Positions 17,591 to 25,658 of a stretch of DNA of 32,000 nt are shown here, piece after piece. The stretch comes from Promethearchaeota archaeon (GTDB lineage: Archaea; Asgardarchaeota; Lokiarchaeia; Sigyniarchaeales; SOKP01). The stretch's first letter is position 1. Every line of letters begins with the position of its first letter. Under the pieces are notes generated by a model, which worked only from the letters and a program-made list of their open reading frames with translations, did no database searches and was not told where the DNA came from. Location: assembly GCA_030606485.1 (NCBI GenBank), contig JAUWGH010000006.1, positions 237,432 through 269,431 of the forward strand. Direction: 5' to 3'. Both the position numbers and the translations under genes were made by a program.

Positions 17591-18943
17591 TTGACTAAAG
17601 TTAGTAAAGACGATTTAATTGAGGAGATAGCATCCGATTTTATTGCTTATCTAAAAAACGGTGTGATTAATACCGAGTCAATTGTCAAAAGATTAGAACT
17701 TCAGCTTAATACTAACATTTTTGATTTTTATAGATTATTGAGAATTCATTTTGTTTTATGTGATGATGTAATCAATTTTGTTGAAAAATTGCCTTTAAGT
17801 TTGAGGAGAATCAAAACTAACGTGAAAACTGAAACTGAAGTATCACACGGGGAAGTACGCGGGAAAATCAATTGGGGTATTACCATAAAACATAGATTTA
17901 GTGAAGACCCGATAAGCAAAATTCTATTTGTTTGTGATAAACGGGAAAAAAATTACGATATACCAGAAAATATTATTCTTAAAAAGATTATACACCTAAT
18001 AACTACGATTTTATCTAATGATTTAAAAGATGCCATAAGTAAAAAGCCGGATTGGCTTAAGATATGGGTAAATAAAAAAGATTTAAAGAATAGAATCAAC
18101 TTGTTATATGCAAAAAACATTTATTTGAAAAGAATCAAACCAACCGATAAAAAAATTACCATGAGAATAATTAGTCGTTCTCTAAAATCGAGAAATCCTC
18201 TATATAGAGATGCTACCGCACTTCTTTTAAAATATAAAAACTTAATGAATTTTAATATCGATAAAAAAGAAACAATTCAAATTTTCAAAAATACATTTAT
18301 TGAACCAGAACCCGAGACTTTATTCGAATTATACTGGATTATTAAAATTCTCAATGAATTTACTGATTATAAACCAGAATATCAATTAATAGAATACGGA
18401 AATAATATTATTGCTAAATGGGAACTGGAAGATTATAAGTATATAATTTACCACAATTCCACAGGGAGTTCCAACATCTCTTTTTTCGAGGGAATTTTAG
18501 ATACATATAAGGATTTGAAAAAGAAAAATAATTATATCGGTAGAAAACTCAAAGCTGCAAAAAAATTTTTTCTTTTAACTTCTAGAAAGTCACGTTCGTT
18601 GTGGGAAGGAAGACCGGATATTCTTATTGAAAAATATGATAAAAACAATAATCTAATTCTCATATTCTTGGGAGAAGTGAAATATACACAAAATTATGAT
18701 TATGCTCTTGATGGTTTAATGCAATTACTCGAATATATTGCCTTGGTTAAGGAAAGTGAAAGCTATTTAAAAGACTATTATAGGATTTATAAAAAAGTTA
18801 GAAGTGATAAAAAGAATGTGATTGGTGGATTATTTATCGATAATATAAAAGATTTTAAAATTTCAGATGATAACCAAATTAGAATATATAAATACAAAAA
18901 GAATAAAACATACAACATTAAAGATTATATATTAAATTTTTAG
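17591..18943 (+). CDS. mcrC: McrC-like PD-(D/E)XK nuclease subunit
   Basis: Directly follows mcrB. GEVRGKINW, NYDIPENIILK, LFELYW, GRPDILI...GEVKYT. TTG start after AGGTAA. Confidence 0.78.
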   Translation: MTKVSKDDLIEEIASDFIAYLKNGVINTESIVKRLELQLNTNIFDFYRLLRIHFVLCDDVINFVEKLPLSLRRIKTNVKTETEVSHGEVRGKINWGITIKHRFSEDPISKILFVCDKREKNYDIPENIILKKIIHLITTILSNDLKDAISKKPDWLKIWVNKKDLKNRINLLYAKNIYLKRIKPTDKKITMRIISRSLKSRNPLYRDATALLLKYKNLMNFNIDKKETIQIFKNTFIEPEPETLFELYWIIKILNEFTDYKPEYQLIEYGNNIIAKWELEDYKYIIYHNSTGSSNISFFEGILDTYKDLKKKNNYIGRKLKAAKKFFLLTSRKSRSLWEGRPDILIEKYDKNNNLILIFLGEVKYTQNYDYALDGLMQLLEYIALVKESESYLKDYYRIYKKVRSDKKNVIGGLFIDNIKDFKISDDNQIRIYKYKKNKTYNIKDYILNF

Positions 18944-19049
18944 AGCTAAATATCAATATGAAATCCCAATTTTTTAATATTTAATTAAAATGTAAATCAA
19001 TTCAATTGAAAATATAATTGATAAATACATTTTTAATTTTAAAAAAAGA

Positions 19050-19056
19050 TTTATAA
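19050..19056 (+). promoter_or_regulatory. BRE/TATA box upstream of the 19077 gene
   Basis: AAAAAAAGA followed by TTTATAA, about 20-27 nt upstream of the GTG at 19077. Confidence 0.4.
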
Positions 19057-19076
19057 CCTGTTTGGAAAAAAATTAG

Positions 19077-19754
19077 GTGAAAGATAAAAATATGCTAAGT
19101 AAAACAATATTTAATCAACCTTATTTTCTAACATTAAAAGAATTAAGATTTTGTGGAAGAATTGTTAATAATCTAAAAAATATTTTGATACAAAAATATC
19201 AAATTCAAAATTTTAAAGAAATTATTAAAAATCTATTAGATTTAAATCTAATATATAAATCCCTTGATAGCGATAAAACGGGAGAACAAAAAGTATCTTT
19301 ATATGTATTGACTCAAAAAGGAAGATATTTATTAGAATCCATATATGTCCTCGAAGATATATCATCGGGAAAAATCAATATAAATGAATACCTCTCCCTA
19401 TTAAAACCTCAATTAAAGAATTCTATCTTTCTAAGTTTTGAGAACATCTGGACTATAATAAAAGAAAAAATTAAACCAGGAGTGATCTTATATTCTTTGA
19501 AACAAAGTAAGTCAAATGAAATTATAGCAATTAGTGAATTAGGTATTACGGTTAAAACTGAAAGAGGAACTGCCCTAATATATAAAATAGATATTAGAAA
19601 GGCTTGGTGTAATTTGGTTTTAGATGGCGTGTTAATTCGAGATGAACATGAAAAATCTACTTATCGAAGCTCTTTTATGTTAATGTTATTTTCACAATTT
19701 GATTTTGTAATAGTAATTAATAAACCTCGCCTCTCCATAAAATTATCATTTTAA
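19077..19754 (+). CDS. Winged-helix protein fused to an uncharacterised C-terminal domain
   Basis: N-terminal half ends in LLDLNLIYK...YVLTQKGRYLLE, a typical wHTH wing. The C-terminal half (FENIWTIIKEK...YRSSFMLMLF) is unassigned. The start could instead be the ATG at 19092. Confidence 0.55.
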   Translation: MKDKNMLSKTIFNQPYFLTLKELRFCGRIVNNLKNILIQKYQIQNFKEIIKNLLDLNLIYKSLDSDKTGEQKVSLYVLTQKGRYLLESIYVLEDISSGKININEYLSLLKPQLKNSIFLSFENIWTIIKEKIKPGVILYSLKQSKSNEIIAISELGITVKTERGTALIYKIDIRKAWCNLVLDGVLIRDEHEKSTYRSSFMLMLFSQFDFVIVINKPRLSIKLSF

Positions 19755-20087
19755 ACGAAAATAATCATATGATTTTAAGTACACAATTTTTAGAATTGTG
19801 GAATTGATTGATGTAATAAATTAGTCTTGCTAATCCTAAAGTAGGAAAAAACGTATTAAATATGATAATTAATCCAATTGAAAATAGAGAAGATTTAAAT
19901 TATTTTAATTTTAATTGGAGTATCTTCTTTCTATTATGACAAATATATAAATAGAACTTTATTGATAATTTAAATATAGAATTAATGGAATTATTAACAG
20001 AATCCATCGCATTTTAAAAAAGATAAGAATCAATCTAACTCTTAATTAAGGAGATTTTTTTATTATATAATTATAAATATGATAATA

Positions 20088-20108
20088 CGTGAAATTAACC
20101 GTTTCACG
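20088..20108. repeat. Perfect 7-7-7 inverted repeat CGTGAAA-TTAACCG-TTTCACG
   Basis: Read directly in the 19755-20162 intergenic region; GC-containing in an AT-rich background. Confidence 0.7.
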
Positions 20109-20162
20109 ATCATTAAATTTTTTAGGTTTAATTAAATTTTAGAGACAATTTTCGTGATCTTA

Positions 20163-21344
20163 TTATTCATACACCTGTAAAAATTCATTTATATCCTTAC
20201 ATAATGTAGGAGCTTTATCAAAATGTGTAAAGTCCACCGCAATTTGAGCTGCTGATTTATCAGGATTGACAATAATTAACTCTTCCAATTTATTTTTAGA
20301 AAAAACATCTAAAAAAAGCTTTTTAATTGAAAAATCAGTTTGAGAGAATGAATATCCAATTATTATAAGTTGTTTACATTGCTCAAGATATAATTTTGCT
20401 AAATTCCAAAGCTCTTTAAAAGGATTTTGTTGAATTAAATCATTTTTGTAAAGGACTGGAGTGATTATTAATGGATCTAACATCCAACCATTTAAATCAG
20501 GAGGTTCATTAATCCACCAAAACCCATTGATTAAAACAATTTGATTTATTAATTTTTGATCTTTATTTTTTGGTGTTGAATACTTATAAATAGGTAATAC
20601 TTTAAACCAATTTAAAGAACCATGAAGTTTTAAAATTTTCCATTCGTATAATGCATTATCTGGTATATTATAAAACTTATTTCGATCAATATATATTGGA
20701 GTTCCTGATTGGTAAAGTTGTACTTTGTTAAATTTAATTCCATAACTTAAGGGGCGATTCCAATTAAAATGACTATAAGTTATTAATTCATTTGGGATTT
20801 TGCTTAATCTCTTCCTAAGATCAATATCATAAAAAGATTTAGGTATTTCTGATCTAGGCATAGAAACAAGTTCAATTAATGCTTCTAGAATACAGTCATA
20901 ATTAAAAGTAATTATGTTTGGCTTTTTCCTCCAAATCAATTTAGTAAATACTCTTAAATCCTCCGATTTATAGCAATGTATTTCAAATTCTTTTAAAAAT
21001 GAAGCCAAAAGATTTTTCAATTGAAAATTAATATTTACTAATTGTAAATGTTCTTTAGGGTTTGTGGCATAATCAATTTCATTAATTTTTAATTGAAGGA
21101 AAGTGAAAATATCTTCCAAATTAAAGGGATTTTTAAGAAGATCATCTTTAGATTTCTTCCAATGATCTTGGATAAAGGTATAAAGAGGTTTCAATTTCTC
21201 AAAGTAAGCTTTATCTGTAAATTTTTCACTTTTAAGGATTGTTTGAAAAAAATTATTAGCTAGAGGTGGTTTTAATCCATTCCAATCCTCAACAGATTGG
21301 TTGAATCCCGCTCCTAATAAAAATAAGGTATTAGTATTAGTCAT
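20163..21344 (-). CDS. SIR2-like (SIR2_2) domain protein, putative NADase effector
   Basis: LFLLGAGFN, ITFNYDCILE, LKLHGSLNW, IIGYSFSQTD, IIVNPD. Confidence 0.85.
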   Translation of the reverse strand: MTNTNTLFLLGAGFNQSVEDWNGLKPPLANNFFQTILKSEKFTDKAYFEKLKPLYTFIQDHWKKSKDDLLKNPFNLEDIFTFLQLKINEIDYATNPKEHLQLVNINFQLKNLLASFLKEFEIHCYKSEDLRVFTKLIWRKKPNIITFNYDCILEALIELVSMPRSEIPKSFYDIDLRKRLSKIPNELITYSHFNWNRPLSYGIKFNKVQLYQSGTPIYIDRNKFYNIPDNALYEWKILKLHGSLNWFKVLPIYKYSTPKNKDQKLINQIVLINGFWWINEPPDLNGWMLDPLIITPVLYKNDLIQQNPFKELWNLAKLYLEQCKQLIIIGYSFSQTDFSIKKLFLDVFSKNKLEELIIVNPDKSAAQIAVDFTHFDKAPTLCKDINEFLQVYE

Positions 21345-21418
21345 AATTTTATTTTAATTCATATTTAATTTCATATCAACTTATGTTTAAAATTTGATTT
21401 TTAAAACTAAAATTTAAT

Positions 21419-22039
21419 TTAAATCCATTTTTTTGTAAATTTTGAGTAGTTATATTGATCTATTATTTTAATAAGACTTTTCTCTGATAAATCAATATAA
21501 CCTTTCACTTTTTCCGCTAATTTTTTTATCATTTTTGAAAAACTGATATATTTTTCTGCTGGATTCTCTTTATAGGAACAATTATAAGCTTTTGCTATAC
21601 TTACATCCCAAAGGGGAAAGAATTTGGGAGCTAAAAGATGTAAAGCTTTAGCAGCAGAAACAGGACTTTTTTTAACTTTACCTTCATTAATTATAATTTT
21701 AGAAGCTTCAAGTAGTTCATTAAACAAATCTGTTATGCATTCATTATCAAGGTCTGAAAATGTTAATATATCCCTCTTTCTAAAATCCTCCAAGAGGTTT
21801 AAATTTTTTTTTATAAATCTCTCGATTTCATCAATATCTAGACTTGAATACCTATAGAAAGCTTGATTCCAGGTTAATAATAATACTCCAAGAGCATCAG
21901 CCATTTCAGTTGGATTCCCCCAAAAGTGGTTTATAAGAAATGATGATACTTTATACATTGAATCTCGTTTTTCATTATCTTCAAATTTTTTGATACCTTC
22001 TCGAAAATCATTTTCTTCTGGAATTTCCATTTTAATCAT
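21419..22039 (-). CDS. Helical protein with HhH/DNA-glycosylase-like signature (DUF6308-like)
   Basis: LLTWNQAFYRY...PVSAAKALHLLAPKFFPLWDVSIAKAY. The K-x-LH-x3-P-x3-P-x-WD motif is recalled from DUF6308-like proteins. Confidence 0.5.
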   Translation of the reverse strand: MIKMEIPEENDFREGIKKFEDNEKRDSMYKVSSFLINHFWGNPTEMADALGVLLLTWNQAFYRYSSLDIDEIERFIKKNLNLLEDFRKRDILTFSDLDNECITDLFNELLEASKIIINEGKVKKSPVSAAKALHLLAPKFFPLWDVSIAKAYNCSYKENPAEKYISFSKMIKKLAEKVKGYIDLSEKSLIKIIDQYNYSKFTKKWI

Positions 22040-22056
22040 CTTAAATAATGCTTAAA

Positions 22057-23079
22057 TTAAAAATTTCTTAAGTTTTTATATGTGAATCTATCTATCGTTT
22101 TAGATTTGCCCATAGCGATATCCCACATACTCTTAACATCCTCATCTGTCCAATATTTAAATCTTTTATTCCTGTAATGTTTAATCATCTCTAACCAATC
22201 TCCACTAACATCTTTTCTACAGCAAAACAATAGCGTATAGTAAAATCCTGATTTTGAAGCAATTTTTAATTTTTCGATCCTTCCGAATTTAATTTTTCTC
22301 AATTGTTCAACATATAAGTCGCTTAGTTCATTTCTCTTTGTATCAGGAGGGACTACTCTGCCAAAGAATCTTAGAACTTTTTTTGGATGTAGTTTTAAAT
22401 TTCTAGCAATTCCTGCATCTTGAAAGGTTATAATTATATCCCCAAAATCATGAATCTCTTTAATATTTCTTATTGTTTCATAATAAATGTCCATTCCTTG
22501 ATTATCAATAACCATTAAATAATTAAAAGATTCATCTTTCTTGCGAATCTCTTTTAAAATGTCTAAAACCCATTGATTTGAATCAATTTTATTTTTGTTA
22601 GTATTAATCTCTATATCAATATGATTTTGGATTGCGTTATTGAATGCTTTAAGTCTGTTATATAACACAGTTCTCTTATCTTGTTTAATATCATTGGAAT
22701 AAATTTTGGAAAAACCATTATGCTTTTTATGAGATATTAATGCAGCACTTATTGATGTTCCTGGAAAAATAAATTGATCTTTCCCAGCCTGTTTAGTTAC
22801 TTTATTCATGCCAAAGCTACTTAACAGATCAATAAAATATAATTTAATATACGATCTTTTTCCTAAAATAGTCAAATATTCATCAATATAATGTCTAAAT
22901 ACAATCTGTTTTGTAGCCATCCACCAGCCTGCTTTATCATTTTTTTTATAAAAATGATTAGGATTTGATAAAGAGAAATTAGGAATTTTTCTTAAAAAGT
23001 TAGAATCTTCTATTAAATTTTTAATATTTTCTAAGTGAAATTCAAATTTAGTTTGGTCACTCAATTCGGGAAACGACAT
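22057..23079 (-). CDS. tcmP: Three-Cys-motif partner protein (TcmP)-like, SAM-dependent methyltransferase fold
   Basis: W..TKQIVFRHYIDEYLTIL...LYFIDLLSSFG (cf. the family pattern YIDxFAGxG), LMVIDNQG, GFYYTLLFCCR; adjacent to a CxxxCxxC protein. Confidence 0.68.
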   Translation of the reverse strand: MSFPELSDQTKFEFHLENIKNLIEDSNFLRKIPNFSLSNPNHFYKKNDKAGWWMATKQIVFRHYIDEYLTILGKRSYIKLYFIDLLSSFGMNKVTKQAGKDQFIFPGTSISAALISHKKHNGFSKIYSNDIKQDKRTVLYNRLKAFNNAIQNHIDIEINTNKNKIDSNQWVLDILKEIRKKDESFNYLMVIDNQGMDIYYETIRNIKEIHDFGDIIITFQDAGIARNLKLHPKKVLRFFGRVVPPDTKRNELSDLYVEQLRKIKFGRIEKLKIASKSGFYYTLLFCCRKDVSGDWLEMIKHYRNKRFKYWTDEDVKSMWDIAMGKSKTIDRFTYKNLRNF

Positions 23080-23157
23080 AATATAAATTAGAATAATTCG
23101 TATATTTGAGGTTTTTATCTCTTATTATTTGCATAGATTAAATTAATATTTATTTTT

Positions 23158-23928
23158 TTAGATACTGGAAGATATGGAGTTAAATATACTATCCTTAATT
23201 CTTAGAAAAGAAGGATCATATTTTTTTGCGCGTTCTAATATTTTAAGTAAGTTTTCTTTGGAATTAATTTCTTTAATTGAGTCATAAATTATTTTATCTC
23301 TTAAATTTATATTTTTTCTGGAGATATAATTCATTTTACCGATCCAAATTGATTCTGTTACATATGGAATTAATGTATCAACTAAATCAAAAGGATTATT
23401 ATCTAAATAGGGTTCAATTGAGATACTAGTTTTATATCCTTGGCTATAAGAAAATTTTAAAGCCTTAAATCTTTCCTCGAATTTTGGCGCTCCAGGCTCC
23501 CAAAACTTAAGTATTTCATTGTTTAATGAGGTAATAGTAAATCTAAATTGAATCTGGTCTTTAAATTTTTGAAATTCTATACAAATTTTTTTAATACAAT
23601 CAAATTTTGGCTTAGTAGTTATTAAAATCTCGTTTTGAGATTCAAGTAATTTTCTTAAGACAGTTAAACAATTATCTAAACTTTCTCTCGTAATATCATG
23701 AGAAGTAGGAAACATAACTCGACCTTGTCGCTTATGATATCCCTTATCAATATATTTTTGGTTCGGTTCCATTATTTTCCATGTTTCTTCTGTCTTTCGA
23801 TTAAAACGAATAGCCATTTTTTTTGCATAGCAATATCGGCAATTGTTTGAGCATCCAACATAACAGTTCACGTTACTATCGGCCCATTCTTTAGTTCCTA
23901 AAGTTATTTTTCGAGTTTTAGTCTCCAT
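23158..23928 (-). CDS. Radical SAM protein (SPL-like / DUF5131-related)
   Basis: EWADSNVNCYVGCSNNCRYCYA (CxxxCxxC), ILITTKP, TITSLN...FWEPGAP...ERFKAL, ISIEPYL. Confidence 0.85.
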   Translation of the reverse strand: METKTRKITLGTKEWADSNVNCYVGCSNNCRYCYAKKMAIRFNRKTEETWKIMEPNQKYIDKGYHKRQGRVMFPTSHDITRESLDNCLTVLRKLLESQNEILITTKPKFDCIKKICIEFQKFKDQIQFRFTITSLNNEILKFWEPGAPKFEERFKALKFSYSQGYKTSISIEPYLDNNPFDLVDTLIPYVTESIWIGKMNYISRKNINLRDKIIYDSIKEINSKENLLKILERAKKYDPSFLRIKDSIFNSISSSI

Positions 23929-24126
23929 TATGTTTTATTTTTATTCTCAAATTATTTAAAAGAAAATTTAGTTAAAAATTGAAATACTTACCCGATTTTT
24001 TAAAATTGATAATATGTAGATATTCTCACTTTCATAATATATTCACTAATACTAGTGATAATTTTCTAATTATAATTTTCAAATTAAAACATACTGAATT
24101 AAATAAAATGAGTTATTTCACGGTGA

Positions 24127-24846
24127 TTATAAGACAAATGTGGTTGATCCAGATTGATTTGGATTTTTCATTTTTAATTTATATCCAAGTTTTACCATTT
24201 CATTAATGAATAGTTCAGATCTAAAATAATTTTTTAATATTTGACCATGTCGATGTCCATGAATAATTTTAATTTCTCCGCCTTTTCTAATTCTGCATTC
24301 CTCAAGATGGTTAATTATTTCCTCTTTTGCATCCCATAATGTTAATCCATGCAAGTTACATGTAATATTTTTAGGGTTATAATAATCTTTTTCTATAATT
24401 TGTTCTATTTTGTCTGAATACTTTATTGCTTTATTTATTTTAGGCCAATCTGTCGGAGTTTTTTCTTTAAATTTATCCGTTATCCTTAGTGTTTTTCTTT
24501 TGTTTTTCATACTTTTCTTTTTTTGATCAAAAATATTCCACGATCTTGGATCTAATTTATTATATATTTTTTTTTCTTTAGTTTTTTTTAATTTTTCTTT
24601 AGTTTTTTTTAATTTTACATTATGTTTTGCAATCATATGTTGGTTAAGGTCTGTATCATTAACAAATTTTTTTTCACATTTAGGACATATTATTCCATGT
24701 TCAGCCCTCCTATGCTTTCGTAGTTTTTTTTTAGTAGCAAATTTTTCTTTGCAATTAGGACATATAAAATTTTGAATATTTTTATTTACTTTTTGTTGTT
24801 CTCTATTCTTTTCTTTATAACTGGAACGTTTTCTAGTAACTTTTAT
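24127..24846 (-). CDS. Tandem C2H2 zinc finger-Smr domain nuclease; start extended about 70 codons beyond the ORF track
   Basis: The frame is open from 24852 to 24127. The extension encodes CPNCKEKFATKKKLRKHRRAEH and CPKCEKKFVNDTDLNQHMIAKH. The C-terminus has the Smr pattern NLHGLTLWDAKEEI...KIIHGHRHG...GSTTFVL. There is no ATG/GTG/TTG upstream of 24636; candidate starts are ATA 24846 or GTT 24840 after GAGGTGA. Confidence 0.78.
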   Translation of the reverse strand: MKVTRKRSSYKEKNREQQKVNKNIQNFICPNCKEKFATKKKLRKHRRAEHGIICPKCEKKFVNDTDLNQHMIAKHNVKLKKTKEKLKKTKEKKIYNKLDPRSWNIFDQKKKSMKNKRKTLRITDKFKEKTPTDWPKINKAIKYSDKIEQIIEKDYYNPKNITCNLHGLTLWDAKEEIINHLEECRIRKGGEIKIIHGHRHGQILKNYFRSELFINEMVKLGYKLKMKNPNQSGSTTFVL

Positions 24847-24847
24847 A

Positions 24848-24854
24848 TCACCTC
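24848..24854 (-). promoter_or_regulatory. Shine-Dalgarno GAGGTGA for the C2H2-Smr gene
   Basis: The plus strand reads TCACCTC at 24848-24854, 8 nt after the stop of the CARF-HTH gene. Confidence 0.65.
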
Positions 24855-24862
24855 ATAGAAAA

Positions 24863-25531
24863 TTAAATAAACCATTTACCTTTATCAGTAATTTCAAAAA
24901 CTCTTTCTTTTCCCTTTTTTTCACTCGAAATTTCAATTAAGCCTATCTCCCTCAAATTTTTGAGGTATCTCGAAATCATTCCTTTACTTAAACCAGTTTC
25001 TTTTATTATCTTCTTTTGTGATAGATTTTTAGAATTTATTAAAAATAAGAGATTTTTTAATGGCTCCGATAACGGAACAGGCAAATATATTTCGATAGGT
25101 TTTATAGGTTTGTTTAAATCAGAGTCTTTTGGGATATAATAAAAAATATCAATTAAATTCTCAACAGTGGCTAAAAAATATGCTGAGAATCTCCATAATT
25201 CTAATCCAGAAGTTGCATTAAAGTAAATCCTGTATTCTAATCTTTTTAGTTCTCTTGTCTTTTCTTTTATAATGTGTATAAATTCTAAAACATCTCTAGT
25301 CTTAATTCTAATTATCTCAATTTTTTTAATCAATTTAGGTTCCAATTTTCTTTTATCAGATAAACTATAGCTTGGAATTAATTCTTGTTTGAGTTTATTT
25401 GCCAAATCAATATATTCCTTCTGAGGGGTTGTTAAAATTATTAAATAATTCCAATCATAATATAATAGACCTTCTTTAATCCAGTCTGGATTCATTCCTA
25501 AAGGAGCAATATGACAAATTATGTTTTGCAT
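24863..25531 (-). CDS. CARF-like (Csa3/DUF6293-type) domain fused to ArsR-type winged HTH; transcription regulator
   Basis: N-terminal Rossmann-like HIAPLG...IILTT...IYFNATSG...FYYIP; C-terminal LSQKKIIKETGLSKGMISRYLKNLREIGLI...FEITDKG. The start is ATG 25531 or TTG 25540. Confidence 0.72.
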   Translation of the reverse strand: MQNIICHIAPLGMNPDWIKEGLLYYDWNYLIILTTPQKEYIDLANKLKQELIPSYSLSDKRKLEPKLIKKIEIIRIKTRDVLEFIHIIKEKTRELKRLEYRIYFNATSGLELWRFSAYFLATVENLIDIFYYIPKDSDLNKPIKPIEIYLPVPLSEPLKNLLFLINSKNLSQKKIIKETGLSKGMISRYLKNLREIGLIEISSEKKGKERVFEITDKGKWFI

Positions 25532-25542
25532 TCTTCTCAAAA

Positions 25543-25584
25543 AAGTTTATTAATATAATAAACCTTTATAAAATTAATAAACTT
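25543..25584. promoter_or_regulatory. Overlapping divergent TATA boxes flanked by a perfect 12-bp inverted repeat (putative operator)
   Basis: AAGTTTATTAAT (25543-25554) and ATTAATAAACTT (25573-25584) enclose TATAAA-acc-TTTATA. On the plus strand this gives AAAACC-TTTATAAA, and on the minus strand AAAGG-TTTTATAT about 25 nt before ATG 25531. Confidence 0.65.
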
Positions 25585-25658
25585 AATTAATAAAAATTAA
25601 TTATTTTTTAAAAATATTTCGTATTAATTATAAAAATAATAGAAGGAGGTATTCAATA

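Noticed and set aside
19755-20087. Long intergenic stretch with short broken plus-strand frames (possible decayed gene)
   Set aside because: No frame is long enough or recognisable enough to call a pseudogene.
20088-20108. Resemblance of GTTTCACG/CGTGAAA to the bacterial parS consensus TGTTTCACGTGAAACA
   Set aside because: The half-sites are in the opposite order and separated by 7 nt, and there is no parA/parB gene in the window.
23979-24206. 75-aa plus-strand ORF
   Set aside because: Overlaps the 3' end of the Smr gene and the promoter region of the radical SAM gene; low-complexity, no Shine-Dalgarno or motif.
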